From Candidatus Pacearchaeota archaeon (lineage in GTDB: Archaea; Nanobdellota; Nanobdellia; Pacearchaeales; GW2011-AR1), in NCBI GenBank assembly GCA_016186425.1, contig JACPLR010000007.1, positions 2,838-66,837 on the forward strand: DNA of 64,000 nt, given 5' to 3'. Positions 60,542-64,000 of this stretch are shown here, one piece after another. How positions within the stretch are numbered: the stretch's first letter is position 1; each line of letters opens with the position of its first letter. The translations under genes and the position numbers were made by a program. The notes under the pieces are model-generated. The model was given only the letters and a program-made list of their open reading frames with translations, was not told the DNA's origin and did no database searches.

Positions 60542-62338
60542 ATGTCAGCTAACCAGATTAAAACAAGACAAGAATTAATAAAATCCTACTTGGATTTCTT
60601 TAAATCTAAAAACCATAAAATAATTCCTTCTTCCTCTTTAATACCTGAAAATGATCCAACTGTCTTATTTACAACAGCAGGCATGCATCCTCTTGTTCCG
60701 TTTCTGCTCGGGCAAAAACATCCACTTGGAAAAAGACTTGCAGATGTTCAAAAATGCATCAGAACTCAGGATATTGATGAAGTTGGGGATAATGTACATC
60801 ATACTTTTTTTGAAATGTTAGGTAACTGGTCTTTAGGAGATTATTTCAAAAAAGAGGCAATAAAATACAGCTTTGAATTCCTAACTAAAAATTTAAAAAT
60901 TCCAAAAGAAAATCTGGCAGTAACTTGTTTTGAAGGAGATAGAATAAATAAAATTCCAAAAGATGAAGAATCATCTAAAATATGGCAGAATCTGGGAATA
61001 AAAAAAGAAAAAATAGTTTTTTTAGGAAAAGAAGATAATTGGTGGGGTCCTGCAGGACAAACAGGCCCGTGCGGCCCTGACACTGAAATGTTTTTTTATT
61101 CAAAATCGAAAACACAAATACCAAAAGCATTCAACCCAAAAGACAAAAACTGGGTTGAAATCTGGAATGATGTTTTTATGCAGTATAATAAAACAAATGA
61201 AGGCAAATATATGCAACTAAACCAGAAAAATGTTGACACAGGAATGGGTGTTGAAAGAACACTTGCAGTATTAAATGGTCTGAATGATAATTATCAGACA
61301 AGCATATTTCAGCCAATTATAAAAGAAATTGAGAAAATCTCGCATAAGTCTTACTCTGAAGAAAAAAATAAAAAACCAATGAGGATAATTGCAGACCATA
61401 TAAGAGCCTCAGTTTTCATACTTGGTGATGATCACGGAATAAAACCCAGTAACACAGAGCAAGGTTATGTTCTAAGAAGATTAATCAGAAGAGCAATTCG
61501 CTATGGAAAACTTCTTGGCATAAAAGAAAATTTCACTTCAAAAATATCAAAAGCAGTAATCCCAATTTACTCAGATTATCAAGAACTAAAGCTAAATGAG
61601 AAAATAATTATTAATGAATTAGAACAGGAAGAAATAAGGTTTAATCAAACCCTTCAACAAGGTTTAAAAAAATTTGAAGAAATAATAAAAAATATAGAAA
61701 AATCAAAAAAAGAAATATCTGGAAAAGATGCTTTTTTATTATTCCAAAGCTATGGATTTCCAATTGAAATGACGCAAGAGCTGGCAAGGGAAAAAATCTT
61801 AAAAGTCAATTTGAAGGAATATAATTCTGAATTCGAGAAACATCAGACACTATCAAGAACCTCATCTGCAGGAATGTTTAAATCAGGCCTGGCAGATAAT
61901 TCAGAAACAACAAAAAAACTGCATACTGCAACTCATTTGCTAAACGAAGCTTTAAGAATTATCTTAAAAGACAAAAATATCAAGCAAAAAGGCTCAAACA
62001 TCACGCCAGAAAGACTGAGATTTGATTTTAATTTTCCACGTAAACTAACTGAATATGAAATAAAAGAAATTGAAGATCTTGTAAACAAAAAAATAAAAGA
62101 AAAGATTAAAGTAACTAGAGAAGAAATGCCTCTAAACAAAGCTTTATCATCTGGTGCTCAAGCAGAGTTTGGTGCAAAATACCCAAGCATTGTAAGCGTT
62201 TACACAATTGGCAGTTTCAGCAAGGAAATATGCACAGGCCCGCATGTTTCAAACACAAGTGAAATTGGCCATTTTAAAATAATCAAGGAAGAAAGTGTTG
62301 CAGCAGGAATTCGAAGGATTAAAGCTATTGTTGATTAA
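60542..62338 (+). CDS. alaS: alanyl-tRNA synthetase, short bacterial-type form (catalytic + tRNA-recognition + editing, no C-Ala domain)
   Basis: NDPTVLFTTAGMHPLVPFLLG and HHTFFEMLGNWSLGDYFK form a bacterial-type class II core. The editing motifs are HTATHLLNEALR (HxxxH) and CTGPHV (CxxxH). The ORF ends right after GIRRIKAIVD. Confidence 0.85.
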   Translation: MSANQIKTRQELIKSYLDFFKSKNHKIIPSSSLIPENDPTVLFTTAGMHPLVPFLLGQKHPLGKRLADVQKCIRTQDIDEVGDNVHHTFFEMLGNWSLGDYFKKEAIKYSFEFLTKNLKIPKENLAVTCFEGDRINKIPKDEESSKIWQNLGIKKEKIVFLGKEDNWWGPAGQTGPCGPDTEMFFYSKSKTQIPKAFNPKDKNWVEIWNDVFMQYNKTNEGKYMQLNQKNVDTGMGVERTLAVLNGLNDNYQTSIFQPIIKEIEKISHKSYSEEKNKKPMRIIADHIRASVFILGDDHGIKPSNTEQGYVLRRLIRRAIRYGKLLGIKENFTSKISKAVIPIYSDYQELKLNEKIIINELEQEEIRFNQTLQQGLKKFEEIIKNIEKSKKEISGKDAFLLFQSYGFPIEMTQELAREKILKVNLKEYNSEFEKHQTLSRTSSAGMFKSGLADNSETTKKLHTATHLLNEALRIILKDKNIKQKGSNITPERLRFDFNFPRKLTEYEIKEIEDLVNKKIKEKIKVTREEMPLNKALSSGAQAEFGAKYPSIVSVYTIGSFSKEICTGPHVSNTSEIGHFKIIKEESVAAGIRRIKAIVD

Positions 62339-62709
62339 ACAGCTTTTTCTAAGGTTAATGGTTGATATCCTAAAAGTTCTCTTTTTTCTATATCTTTCCT
62401 TTTATCTTCTCTAAAAGAAATATCTTCTTCACTTATATCAAATTCTGTTCTCGATTCAACTTCCATTATATGATACCAAAAATAAATATTATACTCTTCT
62501 TCCCATTTCAACCCTCTTGGGGATAAGTGTTCATGAAACTCTGGTGTAGGATTCCCTCCATTAAAAAACTGATCATTTCCTTTAAGATAATCTGCAGTTG
62601 CTTCATTACTAGTAACCGGCCTGTGTTCTTCTATACCCATATACCATTTATGAACATTTATCCAGTCCATTTGCCCTTCTAAATATCTTTTTTTCCATAA
62701 ACGAGCCAT
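62335..62709 (-). CDS. hypothetical protein (124 aa)
   Basis: Trp/His-rich ORF whose 3' end overlaps the alaS stop by 4 nt. No family recognised. Confidence 0.45.
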   Translation of the reverse strand: MARLWKKRYLEGQMDWINVHKWYMGIEEHRPVTSNEATADYLKGNDQFFNGGNPTPEFHEHLSPRGLKWEEEYNIYFWYHIMEVESRTEFDISEEDISFREDKRKDIEKRELLGYQPLTLEKAV

Positions 62710-62743
62710 AACTCTATCTAAATAATCATATATTTAAATTTAT

Positions 62744-63412
62744 TTATTCCTCAACCAAAGGCACAAACACAAATCCAGGGAACTCTTTTGTAATTATGGT
62801 ATTTTTCTGTTTCTTAAACTGAAAAACCGAGTTCTTCACACTTGCAACAAGTATCCCATTTTCATTCAGCTGTTCAAATAACTGTCTGGGAATTCTAGGA
62901 CAAGCTGCACTTATTAAAATTCTGTCAAAAGGAGCTTTTTCTTTCAGTCCATTAAATCCATTTCTATGTATTACAACTATATTTTTATGCTCTTTTAATA
63001 CATCTTGAGATTTTTCAGCAATCTCCTTAACTCGTTCAATTCCATAAATCTCTGAATTTTTATTAACTAACTCACTGATTAAAGCCAAAACATAACCGCT
63101 TCCGCTTCCAATTTCAAGAATTTTGAGTTTATTATTTTTAGTTAATTTATCTAACTCTAGCAAGTTCAACATAAAAGCAATTGTAAATGGCTGTGAAATT
63201 GTCTGCCCAAAACCAATGCTCAAAGTAATGTCTTCATAAGTATATTCTTTAAACTCTTCAGAAATAAAATTCTCTCTTTTAACTTTATTAAAAGCTTCAA
63301 TTATTTTTTTATTAAATCTCTGTTTCTTTAAACTAGCTAAAAGAGCTTGTTTTTTCATAATAAAACAAGGTATGAGAAATATAAAAATGTTAAGAATTTT
63401 ATTAATGTTCAT
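62744..63412 (-). CDS. pcm: protein-L-isoaspartate O-methyltransferase
   Basis: SAM motif ILEIGSGSGYVLALI. QTISQPFTIAFML and FDRILISAA. The likely true start is ATG 63358 (MKKQALLASL...). Confidence 0.8.
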   Translation of the reverse strand: MNINKILNIFIFLIPCFIMKKQALLASLKKQRFNKKIIEAFNKVKRENFISEEFKEYTYEDITLSIGFGQTISQPFTIAFMLNLLELDKLTKNNKLKILEIGSGSGYVLALISELVNKNSEIYGIERVKEIAEKSQDVLKEHKNIVVIHRNGFNGLKEKAPFDRILISAACPRIPRQLFEQLNENGILVASVKNSVFQFKKQKNTIITKEFPGFVFVPLVEE

Positions 63413-63465
63413 ATTTTAAATAATTTAAACATATACATTACTCTACTTAAATACTTAACCAACTT

Positions 63466-63570
63466 ATAAATCATTTTAAATTTCTCTAAACGAGAAATTT
63501 TATATTATATGATTCGAGATTCTTGAAATATATCCATATTTTCCCTGATTTTTTCGTTAGAGTTACTCAA
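63466..63570 (+). repeat. IGR-A element, full length
   Basis: ATAAATCATTTTAAATTTCTC-taaac-GAGAAATTT (hairpin at 63478-63500). ATGATTCGAGATTCTTGAAATATATCCATATTTTCCCTGATTTTTTCGTTAGAGTTACTCAA. Confidence 0.9.
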
Positions 63571-63622
63571 CTACTTATTCAATTATTCCTATATTAAAGT
63601 CTTACTTTTCTCTCACTATTTC

Positions 63623-63871
63623 TTATTCAGCCAAGAAAACCTTGTCATTTGGCCTTACTCTCTCGCTAACTTGCATGCCAACATCATCCCCTTTTTTTGC
63701 TGTCTGTATCGGCTTATGGTTCACCTGCATGCTATCAACTTCTTGTGTAAAGTCAGTTGTAGTGCCTTTTACATGTATCTTATCTCCAACCTTTAAATTG
63801 CCCTTTAACTGAATTACAGCAACTCCAATGTTGTCAAAATAGTGGGTTATTTTGCCTATTTCTTTAGACAT
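63623..63871 (-). CDS. small EF-Tu domain-2-like beta-barrel protein (translation elongation factor-like)
   Basis: 82 aa. IGKITHYFDNIGVAVIQLKGNLKVGDKIHVKG...GDDVGMQV matches the stand-alone GTP_EFTU_D2-like family. Confidence 0.5.
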   Translation of the reverse strand: MSKEIGKITHYFDNIGVAVIQLKGNLKVGDKIHVKGTTTDFTQEVDSMQVNHKPIQTAKKGDDVGMQVSERVRPNDKVFLAE

Positions 63872-63911
63872 TTTATATAATATTATAATAATCGCTAGTT
63901 TATAAATTTTA

Positions 63912-63980
63912 AGATTATTGAAATTTATCAGAATTACAACCTATTTTATCCAATTCATCACTTAAAACTGCTAAACTAAC
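63912..63980 (+). repeat. IGR-A element, degenerate 3' half
   Basis: AGATTATTGAAATTTATCAGAATTACAACCTATTTTATCCAATTCATCACTTAAAACTGCTAAACTAAC. It is followed at 63989 by CCTAATAAATC, the usual 5' boundary motif of another copy that runs off the window. Confidence 0.4.
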
Positions 63981-64000
63981 TTAATGGCCTAATAAATCGG

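Noticed and set aside
6931-63980. IGR-A copies as a CRISPR array or classical MITE
   Set aside because: It is not CRISPR: spacing is irregular (0.1-5 kb), genes lie between copies, the repeats are about 110 nt and divergent, and there are no cas genes. It is not a classical MITE either, because I saw no terminal inverted repeats or target-site duplications, and a strict single orientation is not expected for cut-and-paste MITEs.

Overview
This is a strongly AT-rich, gene-dense 64-kb archaeal chromosome segment. The gene content includes aRF1, aIF-1A, aIF-2beta, TBP, TFE, MCM, ATP-dependent DNA ligase, an RPA-like OB-fold protein, L15e, archaeal-type ProRS, GatB, many small membrane proteins, large Cys-rich secreted proteins and intron-bearing tRNAs. 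This suggests a small-genome DPANN-type archaeon, but that is inference because no database search was possible. I call 63 CDS, 4 tRNAs (3 with introns, one apparently with two), 2 inteins inside mcm, and about 32 loci of a structured intergenic repeat family that I do not recognise. Main observations: (1) a ~105-115 nt multi-hairpin element fills almost every intergenic spacer longer than 150 bp, and every copy I could find reads in the same (+) direction whatever the flanking gene orientation. (2) A 34-nt module occurs 1-3 times in tandem, either nested in that element or free-standing. (3) Two paralogous giant secreted proteins (1049 and 947 aa) share N- and C-terminal modules and three copies of a five-unit GLPxxFxPxxGYWH...LW repeat block; they flank the DNA ligase gene and sit next to a translationally coupled membrane-anchored Cys-rich protein. 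(4) mcm carries two inteins. (5) Two perfect 10-bp palindromes abut the start codon of an AbrB-nucleotidyltransferase fusion gene. (6) The AlaRS is short and bacterial-type. All product calls rest on motif and family recognition by eye, and coordinates of degenerate repeat copies are approximate.
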